From the NCBI RefSeq assembly GCF_006345805.1, contig NC_043004.1, positions 59,768,001 through 59,832,000 on the forward strand: 64,000 bases of DNA, in the 5' to 3' direction. The position numbers were made by a program, and so were the translations under genes. Below the pieces are notes generated by a model that saw only the letters and a list, made by a program, of their open reading frames with translations, was not told where the DNA came from and did not search any database. Positions 51,876 through 64,000 of the stretch are shown here, piece by piece. Position 1 is the first letter of the stretch; the number at the start of each line of letters is the position of its first letter. This stretch comes from Octopus sinensis (Eukaryota).

Positions 51876-52939
51876 AAAATGCACACACATATACGCGCAC
51901 GCATACACAACAGGTATCAGTATACGACGAGTATCCGCAGTGTCCCGGTTTATCAAAATTCAGTAACAGGACATTGATGAAGCTATGCCTAAGACAGAAA
52001 TGATTTGCTTATTTTGTCCCATAATAGGTTCAGCCACAAAAACTGCTATGATGTTAGCTTAGCCACATAGCTATGTTGGCATCAATAAACACTAGTAGTA
52101 ATTACATTCTCGTATATTTAACACTAGCTACCTATTTACGTATTCTTCTTATAGGTATAAATAATCGATTGCATTTCTCTTTTAGTAAGTTGTTCACAAT
52201 CCATTGTATAATGGAGTGCCAGCTATTAATCAAAAGTCATTTTAAAATAGTTTTGCTTTTCATTTGAAAAGTCTAAAAAAATGTTTTCAAGTTATAATCA
52301 TTCGTGAGAATCTCTCAAAATATTTTGATAACATGTCTCTGTGACGGAAACTAAATCAATACGATTTCTTTCTATTATACTGTTATTTATGATAGCATCG
52401 GTATAAGGTCTTATAGCAATACTAGAAATTTTGATTTTGAATATATTTCACACTTCTCCAAAATTATAAAGGTCACCTGCAGAGCAAACATGTATGTACA
52501 TATGTATCTGTAAGATTGTTTGCATATATGTAGGCATGTACATATGTGCATATATGTATGCATACAAGGGACAGGACGATCGTGAGACTTATTCGTAACC
52601 CGTTCATGATCAAGATGTCGGTGATTCAGCCTACAGCCATTTAGTAGCTTCTTGCGGGAGAAATTGTATTAGGGTGGAAAAACGTAGGAAAGTCTACGAG
52701 CTCATGAATAGTGTGTAAATATACATGTTCATATAGGGAGACAGACATCCAATCAAGAAAACTGTGATGTATTCTCACGATGAAGAGATACACATTACAT
52801 TGGAGTGACGGGTTTAAATATGTCTGAAACATAATTTAAACAATTTCTGACTCATTTCGTTAAACATTCTTCCCTTTGTCATAATCATACATTTATCGTT
52901 GGATCTCATATGTTGTAATCTTCTACAGATTTTGTGCAT

Positions 52940-53146
52940 CTGTTGTTGTTATCTGAATCGTTAGAATGCCGGGAAAAATGCTTTGTGGTATTTCGCCCGT
53001 CGCTACATTCAGAGTTCGAATTTCACCCATACTGACTTTGCCTTTCATGCTTTTGGGCTCGATAAATTAAGAAATAGTGAAACACTGGGGTCAATGTAAT
53101 CGACTAGTTCATTCGCCAAAAATTCAGTCCCTGTGCCCTTAGTAGG
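52940..53146 (+). mobile_element. SINE family A with (TAC)n tract downstream
   Basis: gagttcgaatttc B box and ctcgataaattaagaaatag...ctggggtcaatgtaatcgact. Confidence 0.75.
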
Positions 53147-53205
<59 letters not shown>

Positions 53206-53289
53206 TCTGACAGTCGACGTAGCGGTTCACAAAGGTAAGTAAGCAGAAGATCGTATGGTGACAGTATTATTTTGTAATCTCACGTCATG

Positions 53290-53830
53290 CAACATTTATC
53301 TTCACCACCGCTCTGTAATTCACGTCATACAATCAAGCCAAATCCGAAATCCCATCTTATGAAAATAAAACGGTTTAGTACGGACACAGGAGATTACAGG
53401 AGACATGCAAATGTTTTTGTACGCCATTATGACAAATATAGTTATAGTGAAACCCGATTAAAGGAAATCGCAAATATCATAGCTAAAATTAGCAAGGAAC
53501 GTCAAACTTCGAGACATAATTTTAGCAGCCAAAACAAAATTTGTGATCGAATTCCTTTAGCATTTCAAAATCGTTGCATGAAAATGAAACATATTTTAGA
53601 AAAATATGCTCCTTTCAAACAATTACGGCGTTTAAACACACTAAAAATACAAGAGAGATATTAAGCACTACCTCTAAACCTAAGAAACCTACCATAAGAG
53701 GTTCTGAATGCTACATCCCGAAAAACCGAATCTTCCTGCCACACATATGTCTTTCCAGTTGTAATCCTCTCCAGACAGATATTGACCACAGTCTCCAGCA
53801 TCATCACAGCCGTCTAAATTGAGCATCAGA
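53290..53830 (+). mobile_element. Degenerate Penelope-like RT C-terminal/linker remnant
   Basis: Translation HLSSPPLCNSRHTIKPNPKSHLMKIKRFST...YSETRLKE loosely matches the YL.F.S.HP.HT...IPYSQ..R..RICS...RGY block seen at 42014-42300. Confidence 0.45.
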
Positions 53831-54023
53831 CCCAGTTGTAGAACGACTGCTTGACGTATCCCTTCCAGCTTGACTCGGTGAAGCGGTTCATGTTACGTCT
53901 TAAAGCCTTAGAAGTGTTGACTGAGCATTGAGCATTAGTTACAGCAGTTAATATATGGGCATTCTGACACTTGATATGAATCACCGTGATACGGATAACT
54001 CTTTTCCAATATTCAGATACCTC

Positions 54024-54237
54024 AAATGGGTGAGCTGGCAGAAATGTAAGCACGCGGGGCGAAAAGTTTAGCGGTGTTTCGTCTGTCTTCACGTCCTGAG
54101 TTCACATTCCGCTGAGATCGATTTTGCCTTTTAGCCTTTCGTGGTCGATAAATTAAGTACCAGTTACGTACTAGGGTCGATCTAATCGACTGGCCGCCTC
54201 CCCCAAAATTTCGGGCCTTGTACCTCGAGTAGAAAAG
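54024..54237 (+). mobile_element. SINE family A with 16-bp target-site duplication
   Basis: aatattcagatacctc occurs at 54008-54023 and 54238-54253, flanking a full head and body. Confidence 0.93.
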
Positions 54238-56239
54238 AATATTCAGATACCTCCCCATCCTTTATGTAAGTAAATATTTTGTTGACTACGACTTCAATCT
54301 TTATGCTCTCCAACGCTTTTGACTGTCCAACATTACTGATCACGCTTCATATAGAAAGGAAAATAACGTATTGTCACATTTATCCAGGACTCCCTATAAG
54401 CAGGGAGGCAATATTATGGACTCATATTCTGGCAAGAAAGGACTAGGTACAGTGATTAACATGAGACCCATTCCTCATGGGATATGAACTCATCAAAAGT
54501 GATAAGGAAAAAGGTGACGAGAGGATCTGGAATGATTCTATGGATGGAAACGGGTAATCAGTCAAATAAAATTGTCTGGCATGCTAAAAAAAATATCTAT
54601 TTCACACCCTCGCACATTGGGGGCAGTTCCTATTACGTGCGTGACAGTTCTTGATATAATTGAAGAATTACAAAACTTTCAAATATTTTGCTCATGTCTT
54701 TCACGGGCGTAAGTTGGATGCACCGCTAGTCAAAGAAATTTGATAGGAACCGTATGTAGGTTGATAACAACATGATTGATGTGTATAAATGAAATCATTG
54801 AAGCCAGTTTTCCTTTTATCAGGTATTTAACAATTATCTTCTCTTTATTTTCTTTCCGTTTCATCACGAATATCTAAATCAACGAAACCTCATAAACGGA
54901 GATTCCATTAACAGTTTCCGTATCATTAAAGGAACCAATAATCACCCTTAAACCATCTGACATATAGAACCTCTATTACCGACCACTATACGCAGATATA
55001 AGCATCGACACATATAAATGGACACTTACAACCTTACATACTCTTGATTATGACAGAAGAGTGTACGTTTAGGTAGATATATAGAATAAACTATCCTTAA
55101 ATAATGTATTTTTAAATCGATTTTCCGATGAAGATGAATTGGAAATGTATTTCAGTATTAGTCAAGGTTATGTAACTTATAATTGTAAGACTGCAACATT
55201 TTCACTAGCATCATGCTATTCTTGTAATGTATCATATCAACGAATATACTAATTTCAATGAGGGAAACTCTACAATATTTTATTTCAAAAGTTCTTGCTT
55301 GCTGGTAAATTTACTTAGAAGGAGAGACTGTCTATTTACTCGACTGCCTTCTTTTTCTGAGTTCCATGAAGTATGTTTAAATTTCATCCTTCTGTGGATC
55401 AATAATATACATGCATAGCAAATAAAATTGCCTCAATCGTCTTTAAAATTCATCTAGAAGTTATGTACGATGTAGTGGAAGTCAAAACAAAAAATGGATA
55501 TGCTTTAATAAACAGCAAACATCTGCATATTTTCGTTAAAATGAATTACTCGAGTAACCATGCCTGTTTTATTGCGTTTATAGTGCAAATAAACCAAAGA
55601 AACGAAATTAAAGATAATTAATCTGATATCACATGCATCTTTCTGACTTTCTCTTATTTCATTTGAATTTCTTGCATTTATAAATATTTGTTCAACATAT
55701 ATACAGAGATCCTTTTTTTTTAAACTAATAAATCGTTTCAATGAAGAAGATATATATTCCAAGGGGAAGACTCACCCTACCGTCAATGCTTGTTATAACG
55801 TAATAATAATCACAATTCTGCTAACTCAAACCGTTCTGTATTTATTTGTATCGTCAATCCTGCTACTGATACCAACATCGGATTATATAAATTGCATTTG
55901 GCTTGCGAAATAAAGAAAATCACTGGAAAATTTGTCATTAAATACAAAACAGGAAAGCGATAATTACGTGCTTTTCTGTACTTGAGAGGGAACGGGAGAT
56001 ATTAATGAGTAAAGTCTGTGATAGCTGAGGAAGTTATGTGTTTATTGCATTTTTACAAAACGTAACACACATACACAAACACATAGCTATACAAATATTG
56101 CATGTGAATTTATAAGGCTAAAAGCACATACACTCACATAGGCGATTATGTATATATATGTGTGTGTGTGTGTGTAAATTCTGTGGTGCATAAATATAAT
56201 GTATTTTATATTAATACATTTATATATATCAAAAGACAC

Positions 56240-56445
56240 ATGTCTGGCAGAGATGTTATCGCACCGGGCAGGAAGTTGAGCTACACTTCTTCGGGTTTCA
56301 CGCACTGAGTTCAAATGCTGCTGTGGTCGACATTTAATTTCAATGTTCGGGGTTGATGAACTAAGTATCAGTCGGACACTGGAATTAATGGAATCCACCA
56401 GCGTCGTGTCCCCAAAATTCAGGCCTTGTGCCAAAATAGAAAGGA
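56240..56445 (+). mobile_element. SINE family A, degenerate
   Basis: ctggcagagatgttatcgcaccgggc...gagttcaaatgc...ccccaaaattcaggccttgtgcc. Confidence 0.7.
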
Positions 56446-56476
56446 TTATTATTATTATTATCATTATTATTAAGTA

Positions 56477-57010
56477 AGAGAGCAGGGAATGCCATGAAAG
56501 TGACACTGGGGCAAAATATACGAAGCTCAGTATACCTATCATGACTACCCGTTTGATAAGAGTACACCAGGAACAAGTATAACAACCATTTGGGCGCGAC
56601 ATACTGATATCATACCACGATAAACAGCGTATAACCTTGCAGGTGGATCCCAGTTAGAATTTTCTTCAGGTTGAGTAGTATATTCCGCTGAAAAGGTCTC
56701 TAAATTAGGGTTGCTTAAAGAAGCTGAACAAAACACCCATATCTCCAGAGGTGAATTATTCAAATCCCCAAAGAATTCCTCTCAACACATATACATGATT
56801 TTCCCCCACTACTTTTACTCGAGATCAGAAACGCATGTATCGTCAGTATCAAGGGATATGCTCAACTGTTTAAGGTCAAACAAATCTGTGGCATTAGGGT
56901 GAATATTTGCAATCGCCTATCCTTTATACCAAGACAAAACAATGTACATTATAGCACTTCCAATCAGTTAAGATTAGAAACCATGGAAGCCAGTGCCTGG
57001 TGCTGTATAA
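56477..57010 (-). mobile_element. Family E (AAT)n-tailed repeat
   Basis: Reverse complement of the 9625-10137 family (gccatgaaagtgacactgggg...ttccaatcagttaagat...gccagtgcctggtgctg). Confidence 0.85.
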
Positions 57011-57032
57011 GGGCATTTTTCTTCTTCTTCTT

Positions 57033-57063
<31 letters not shown>

Positions 57064-57072
57064 TTATTATTA

Positions 57073-57144
<72 letters not shown>

Positions 57145-58360
57145 CCAAGACGTTGCACAATATCCAAAAATATGATGAGGATTGAAGATATTATTTTTAC
57201 GGGAGGTTTGTTAAGTCACAACAAGGGCCTCAGACAGACAGTACTTTAGAGAATAAGCGTGCAGTTCCAAGTAAAGCCGATATTTGCAATAGACCCAGAT
57301 TGTAAGGTATTTCTAAACTTGCCAGATGTTTCTCCAGGTTGAGGGAAATTAAACTCAAAACTTTGATGACAATAAGCTCCACCTTTATGTTTGGTTCTCG
57401 TAGCGTACACATTTTGGAGATTTCAATTCTCAGGTCTCCAAATTCATCAATCTTTTCTCTTTATGTTTTTTATAATATGGTGATCTCCTGGCACTGCCAC
57501 ATCGGTTATTAGGCAATCTTGTTTTTCCCCCCAAACGGTTACTATATCCGGCCTTCAGCAATCTAAAATCTTGTCTGGTTGGGAGGCAAAGTCCCAGACG
57601 AGTTATGCATTCTTCTTCTCATCCATTACCTTTTCTGGAGTATGTTGGTACCAAACACCCGTTACCTCATCCATACTTCCGTCATAGTAGCCAGTGGAGG
57701 TTTCGGGCTACCTTGTCGTGGCACTGCCACGTCGATTATCGGGCACTCTTGTTTGTCCCTCCTAAATGTTACTATATCCATCCTTCAGTAATCTGACACC
57801 TCGTCAGGCTGGGAGTCAATGTTCCAGAGGAGTTTTGCCTTCTCCTTCTCGTCCATTATCTTTTCTTGTGTATGTTGGTACCAAACAACCGCTACCTCTT
57901 ATCCATACTTCCGTCATAGTTGCCACTGGAGGTTTTTGGTTACCTTGTCGTGTCTGCGCTCGTACACTTTCTGTGCAAGACTTTCACCGTCTTCCCACAC
58001 ATATCCGTTTTCACTGAGTTGGTATTCAATGCCTGATACTCGGCAGTGATGATTAGGCTTTCAGTCTTCTTTTTAAGATCACCATTGCTGAGCAACCTCC
58101 AAAATGTTTCCTGCCCTTTTAAGTTATTAGTTTCACGGTGAAACTCATCATGTATTTTAATGCGAAGGAGAGTGTCTTCTCTCTCGTTAGCTATTCGTGA
58201 TTGGAATTCACTAGCACTCTTAAGCTCATTGCTGATAAATCATTCTGCATTGCGAGTAAACTCTAGCAAGCCTTGTTTGCTGTTTACCAAATACTCTACC
58301 ATCGTTCTTCTTTCAATGTTGGCATAGACCAGTACGCGTATCAGACTACTTCCTTTTCTT
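57145..58360 (-). mobile_element. Older R4/Dong-type LINE 3' part with internal 230-bp tandem duplication and (AAT)n tail
   Basis: The minus strand matches the 10676-11754 subfamily; the segment starting ggcactgccac occurs at 57490 and 57720. Confidence 0.75.
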
Positions 58361-58540
58361 ATTTTTATTGAAAATGTCTCAGGATTACGATTTGAAATCT
58401 ACATTGGGTGTACCATGGCAAATGAAACACAGGAAAATTGCGTTCACAACACTCCACTCTAGTAATTGATATCACAATTGTATTCAGATCCATGATATCA
58501 ACTTATTCCATTGAATAAGTTGATATCAAATTTAATGAGA

Positions 58541-58708
58541 CACACTCACGGGTAAAATTTCCACTTATTTCTTACTTTTATTTTCCTAAAATTTCGTTGC
58601 GTCTTGCAAACTTTCCTGAATCAAGACTATCGAAAAGGTTGCAAGACGCAACGAACATTTTAGGAAAATATAAATAAGAAATAAGTGGAAATTTTACCGG
58701 TGAGTGTG
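58541..58708. repeat. 168-bp palindrome (~74 bp arms)
   Basis: cacactcacgggtaaaatttccacttatt...cgttgcgtcttgcaa / ttgcaagacgcaacg...aataagtggaaattttaccggtgagtgtg. Confidence 0.92.
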
Positions 58709-59190
58709 TTACATTATAAGGCACAAAAAGAAAATGACTCTCCTCAGACGAAACAGAATATGCTTCAAAACACGAACTCATATAAAGAATCTTGCAAACC
58801 AAATCCCAAAACGAAATTTAATGAGGTTTAGAGGAAATTATGGGCTTTAATCATCTTTGGAAACTTCGAGCGTAACGTCAATATTTTTTGTCAAGTTGAT
58901 GGTTATAAATGATCGTTCCATAATTTACCAGTTTGAGATGAAATTGCAGATATGTAATTGCGTTTATAAGAAAGAAAGTGCAATCAGTCTGGGTTGTTTG
59001 AACTGAGTGGATACCGACGGTTCTACGCTCACTCATATAAGGTTAGTTTCAATATAGATGTCTGTTGTAATATTTTCTAATCATATGTTCACATGTTTTC
59101 TGTTTCTCAAATGCGTAGCTTGAGATTAGAGTTCGCCTGTTTATAAGGTTCAGCCATAAAAAAGTAATAATAAGAAAATAATAAATAAAT

Positions 59191-59609
59191 AGGCGTAGGA
59201 GTGGCTGTGTGGTAAGTAGCTTGCTAACCAACCACATGGTTCCGGGTTCAGTCCCACTGCGTGGCATCTTGGGCAAATGTCTTCTACTATAGCCCCGGGC
59301 CGACCAATGCCTTGTGAGTGGATTTGGTGGACGGAAACTGAAAGAAGCCCGTCGTATATATGTATATATATATATATATATATGTGGGTGTTTGTGTGTC
59401 TGTGTTTGTCCCCCTAGCATTGCTTGACAACCGATGCTGGTGTGTTTATGTCCCCGTCACTTAGCGGTTCGGCAAAAAGAGACCAATAGAATAAGTACTG
59501 GGCTTACAAAGAATAAGTCCCGGGGTTGATTTGCTCGACTAAAGGCGGTGCTCCAGCATGGCCGCAGTCAAATGACTGAAACAAGTGAAAGAGTGAAAGA
59601 GTGAAAGAG
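59191..59609 (+). mobile_element. SINE family B, full length
   Basis: aggcgtaggagtggctgtgtggtaag head through the (gtgaaaga)n tail. Confidence 0.92.
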
Positions 59610-60027
59610 AAATAAGGAAACAAATTAAAATACCTGGTGTTACATTTTTAGCGGATTTGAAAATCTATATTCCACCATCTTTCATTCAATCTGTGATATT
59701 CCACCCACTTACTTTCACTTATATATTTTTGTACTCTTTATCTGCAACGAAATCTGAATAAAGTTATGTTTAGCTTTAAAATTATCAACACACCGATGTG
59801 GCATTTATTAAAAGTAAGCACCACATACCTAACGACTTCACATAAGTACACCTGCGTCAATACTTTCACTTAAATTATGTTATAGACATCCATTGATTTC
59901 TGAATATACATACCTGCATTCTACTCTAAATGAAATATTTTTTTCAGATGGCTGTATGAAAGAAAATCTCTTTTAATAATACTATATTGCTATATTCTAA
60001 CCTGTTTTGGATTTAGTAGAATGTATG

Positions 60028-60193
60028 TGTGGCTGTGTGGTAAGTAGCTTGCTTACCAACCGCATGGTTCCGGGTTCAGTCCCACTGCGTGGCACCTTAG
60101 GCAAATGTCTTCTACTATAGCCTCAGGCCGACCAAAGCCTTGTGAGTTGATTTGGTAGACGGAAATTGAAAGACGCTCCTCGTATGTATATGC

Positions 60194-60239
<46 letters not shown>

Positions 60240-60480
60240 ATGTGTGTGTGTGTGTGTTTGTGTGTGTGCGTGTATATGTGTGTGTGTCTGTGTTTGTCCC
60301 CCCAACATCACTTGACAACCGGTGCTGGTGTGTTTACGTCCCTGTAACTTAGCGGTTCGGCAAAAGAGACCGATACAAAAAGTACTAGGCTTACAATGAT
60401 TAAGACAGGGGATCGATTTGCTCGACTAAAGGCGGTGCTCCAGCATGGCCGCATTCAAATGACTGAAACAAGTAAAAGAG
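60028..60480 (+). mobile_element. SINE family B
   Basis: Head, internal (TA)n(TG)n and gtaaaagag tail. Confidence 0.9.
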
Positions 60481-60856
60481 TATATCTTATTGAGTATATC
60501 TTCCAAGCTGTCATACCTGTGCGATGCTAGCGTGCTGTCATATTACAGCCAACATAGACTTTTAATTTGACTGTAAACCTGGCTGTGCAACCCGGAATCT
60601 GCAATAGCGCGTCCGTTTTACGGTATTACAACATATCCTGGCCCCTAATAAACACTGCATGTGAGGCTCCTTGACCGTTAAGTTCTTTCTGCCCGTTTAC
60701 TTTATGGAATTTCAGCCTACCGATCTCAATTTAATCTTACATTCTTATTTGGATCGTAAGCCGAAGATAGCCAAATATACTTGTACTTTTAAGTAACACA
60801 TTCTACACAATTTGTCTGCTAGTAAGACATTAATGATATTTTATATTTTAGTACTT

Positions 60857-61063
60857 ACTCTTTACTCTTTTACTCTTTTACTTGTTTCAGTCCTTTGAGC
60901 ACCGCCTATAGTCGAGCAAATCGACCCCAGGACTTATTCTTTGTAAGCCCAGTACTTATTCTATCGGTCTCTTTTGCCGAACCGCTAAGTGACGGGGACG
61001 TAAACACACCGGCATCGGGTGTCAAGCAATGCTAGGGGGACAAACACAGACAAATAAACAGAT

Positions 61064-61096
<33 letters not shown>

Positions 61097-61117
61097 GATA
61101 CACACACACACACACAC

Positions 61118-61170
<53 letters not shown>

Positions 61171-61248
61171 ATCTGTTTATTTGTCTGTGTTTGTCCCCCT
61201 AGCATTGCTTGACAACCGATGCTGGTGTGTTTACGTCCCCGTCACTTA

Positions 61249-61300
<52 letters not shown>

Positions 61301-61388
61301 GACAGGCTTCTTTCTGTTTCCGTCTACCAAATCCACTCACAAGGCATTGGTCGGCTCGGGGCTATAGCAGAAGACAATTGCCCAAAGG
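60857..61388 (-). mobile_element. SINE family B with internal fold-back duplication; tRNA head missing
   Basis: Reverse-complement tail and body; 60985-61249 forms an inverted duplication around a (TA)n centre. Confidence 0.85.
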
Positions 61389-61486
61389 AAACTGCTGGTT
61401 TCTTCATCGATAAATTCTAGTGTAAAGCTGCACATGTTACTCATTTCTTCTCTGCGAAATTTGATGGATAATTATTTAGTACAACA

Positions 61487-61945
61487 TTAGCACTATGACC
61501 CGATGTTGCCGGGTCTAATGCAAGACAAGCATATCTAGTCTTTCATGAAAATCCTGCTCTCTTGTCATTCACTTGGTCTAACTCGTTAATTATTCCCTGC
61601 ATTTCTCAAATCAAAAAAGTGTTCACGTTTGAAAGCCAACACAAAAACACAAAAATGCGCTGAGTCATACAGACTGTCTGCAAATGCGCATGCGCATTCA
61701 ACTGTCAAGGGTAAAATTATCACCGTCCAATGAAAAAACAGCTGGCAGTCTATTGGTTTATCTAGCTGTACGTAAGCACCGCATACAAATTTCTATGTTT
61801 TAGCGATTTTGAATGGATATGCCCATAACTTATTGGCATAAGGGATCGGTTTATCGATTTTAAAATGGTGGAAAACTTTGGATTTGTATAAAGGAAACAC
61901 AGACACACAGATACACAGACATTTTGCCGTTTATAGATATAGAGA
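61487..61945 (-). mobile_element. Non-autonomous Helitron (different subfamily)
   Basis: Minus strand starts TC(tctatatctataaacggcaaaatg), similar to the 30145 element's 5' end, and ends with the gacccggcaacatcgggtc hairpin plus CTAA (mutated CTAG). Confidence 0.65.
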
Positions 61946-62208
61946 TATTAGAGGAATAGTATTCTAATTCCTTACTGATAGGTTAACAAATGTATGAGAG
62001 AGGTACCCACGTCCTGTCCTAAAGATTCAGTGACAGTGTTTCAGCTCACCGTTACCAATCGAATCATTGAACATGTTATATTCAGTTAACTATGTTCTGA
62101 GTTCAGATCATAACGTAGTTAAGATCATTTCTTTACTTTGTTTTATTATACCATTGTTTCCCCAAATAGTAATATTCCCCAAATAGCACTATTATTATTA
62201 TTATTATT

Positions 62209-63949
62209 CAGTAGTTTTATTTTTATAGCGTGCTTTCACTTCACTACCGAGCACAGCTCTGTGTGCCTTGGGTATGTGCTGTGATTTGTTGTGATGCTCT
62301 GATGGTTATTGTATGGAAAGTGTTCTGCGTAGGATGTGTGCAGTGCCTAGTAGTGCAATTTTCTGTATGTTATATGTGTTTGTAAGTCCTGGTGTTTTTG
62401 TTATGTATTTGTCTGAATATTTTTTTATCATGCCTAATGCACCTACTATGATAGGAATTGTTTCTGTTTTCAGATTCCACATTCTAGTTACCTCTATTTC
62501 CAGGTCTTTGTATTTTGAGAGTTTCTACATTTCTTTTAGAGACACGTTGTCATCAGCCGGTATTGATACATCAATTAGAAAGCATTTTTTTTCTTCATGA
62601 TCTCTGACAACTATATCGGGTCTGTTGGCCTTAATTTCTCTGTCTGTGTGTATCGGCGTATCCCAGAGTATGGTTGCTTTCTCGTTTTCTGTGACCTTTT
62701 CTGGTGTGTGCCTATACCATCTTTTTTCTGTCGTTATTCCATAATGTTGGCATAGCTTCCAATGTATGTAGGTTCCAACTCTGTCATGTCTGTGAATATA
62801 TTCCTTCTTAGCCAAGACTGGGCAGCTAGAGATAATATGATTTATTGTTTCTTGTCCATCTCCACATATTCTGCAGTTACTTGTAATATTTCTTTTCATT
62901 ACATGTTTTTGGTAATTTCTGGTGGGGAGGCTTTGGTCTTGTGCTGCAATTAAAAATCCCTCTGTTTCTGCTTTGAGTCCTGAGCTTCTCAACCATTGGT
63001 GGGGTTTTTCTTTGTTTATTTCTTTTGCGTTTAGTTTAGTGCAGTATTTACCATGAAGGGGCTTTTCTTGCCATCGTTTATCATGGTTCGTTGCTGTTCT
63101 ATTTTTAGTTTGGATTTCATTTGTTTTATAGCTTTTGTTGTTTCTTCATCTTCTTCTTCTTCTCCATGTTTATTAGGTGGTATGATTTCTTGTTGGTATT
63201 TGTCAGCTTCCTTAAATACTGAGAACAGTTTTTGTTTTGCTCGTGTTTTGCCGCTATCTGGATCAGTTTTCCTTCCTTCTGAAGTAGATATTTTTGCAGT
63301 CCTATGGTGGTTATTTTATAGTAGTTTTCCAGCTGTATAAGACCTCTACCACATTCTATACGTTGTATATATATAGTCTTTCTATGTCAGATTTTGGGTG
63401 ATGCATCCTAGATCCTGTCATTATTTTTCTTGTTTTCCTATCTATTTTGGTCAGTTCATTTCGTGTCCAGTTAAGGATATTGTAGCTGTAACTTATAACT
63501 GGGACAGCTAAAGTGTTGATACCTATTATCTTGTTTTTAGCATTGAGCTCTGTGTTTAGTATTGATCTAACTCGTCTATAATATTCTTTTTTTATTTTCT
63601 CTTTCATTTGTGGTGTTGTGTCTTATCTAGTTCATGGATTCCTAAGTATTTGTAAGTTTGGCTTTGGTCTAATTCTTTTATTTCATTGGTTTTATCTAGT
63701 GTGATGTTGTTACTCTTAACTAGTTTTCCTCTTTTCAGGGTTACTTTGGCGCATTTTTCTAATCCAAATTTCATATCTATTTCTTTGGTAAATCCATGAA
63801 CTGTCTTTAATAGTGTTTCCAGCTGTTTGTCATTTGCAGCGTATAGTTTTATGTCATCCATATATAAAATGTGGCTGATCGTTTTGCCGTAACATTTATA
63901 TCCGCATCCAGTTCTATTTAGCATATCAGATAGAGGTGACAGTGCCAAG
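62209..63949 (-). mobile_element. 5'-truncated R4/Dong-type LINE, near-identical to 7708-9474
   Basis: HILYMDDIKLY, CRICGDGQETINHIISSC and RPDIVV...CFLIDVSIPADDNVSLKEM; (AAT)n on both sides; frameshifts differ from copy 1. Confidence 0.93.

Positions 63950-64000
<51 letters not shown>

Noticed and set aside
54640-54760. Possible Helitron helicase (FSHGQLYV-like) remnant
   Set aside because: It requires several indels over a very short match and is not distinguishable from chance.

Overview
AT-rich, repeat-saturated eukaryotic (animal) DNA. The SINE families and repeat landscape suggest an octopod cephalopod, which is an inference from recalled repeat sequences and not a database hit. No host protein-coding gene could be supported; nearly all ORFs in the track are microsatellite read-throughs or transposon fragments. 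The main contents are: (1) a near-complete ~7 kb Penelope-like retroelement (RT + GIY-YIG, minus strand, 38513-45500) with ~840 bp direct pseudo-LTRs that each carry a minimal hammerhead motif; (2) several other type I hammerhead-ribozyme (HHR) motifs, repeatedly arranged as head-to-head palindromes, including a tandem 377-bp unit with HHRs on both strands (16.4-17.1 kb); (3) two near-identical 5'-truncated R4/Dong-type RLE LINEs in (TAA)n tracts plus many older fragments; (4) RTE and L1/Tx1 LINE relics, two mariner relics and three non-autonomous Helitrons; (5) at least four tRNA-head SINE families; and (6) a ~2.17 kb tandem duplication and abundant microsatellites. Scattered 1-nt indels in homopolymers and triplet tracts suggest long-read consensus errors, so frameshifts and exact tandem duplications need read-level confirmation. 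All RNA folds were derived by eye.
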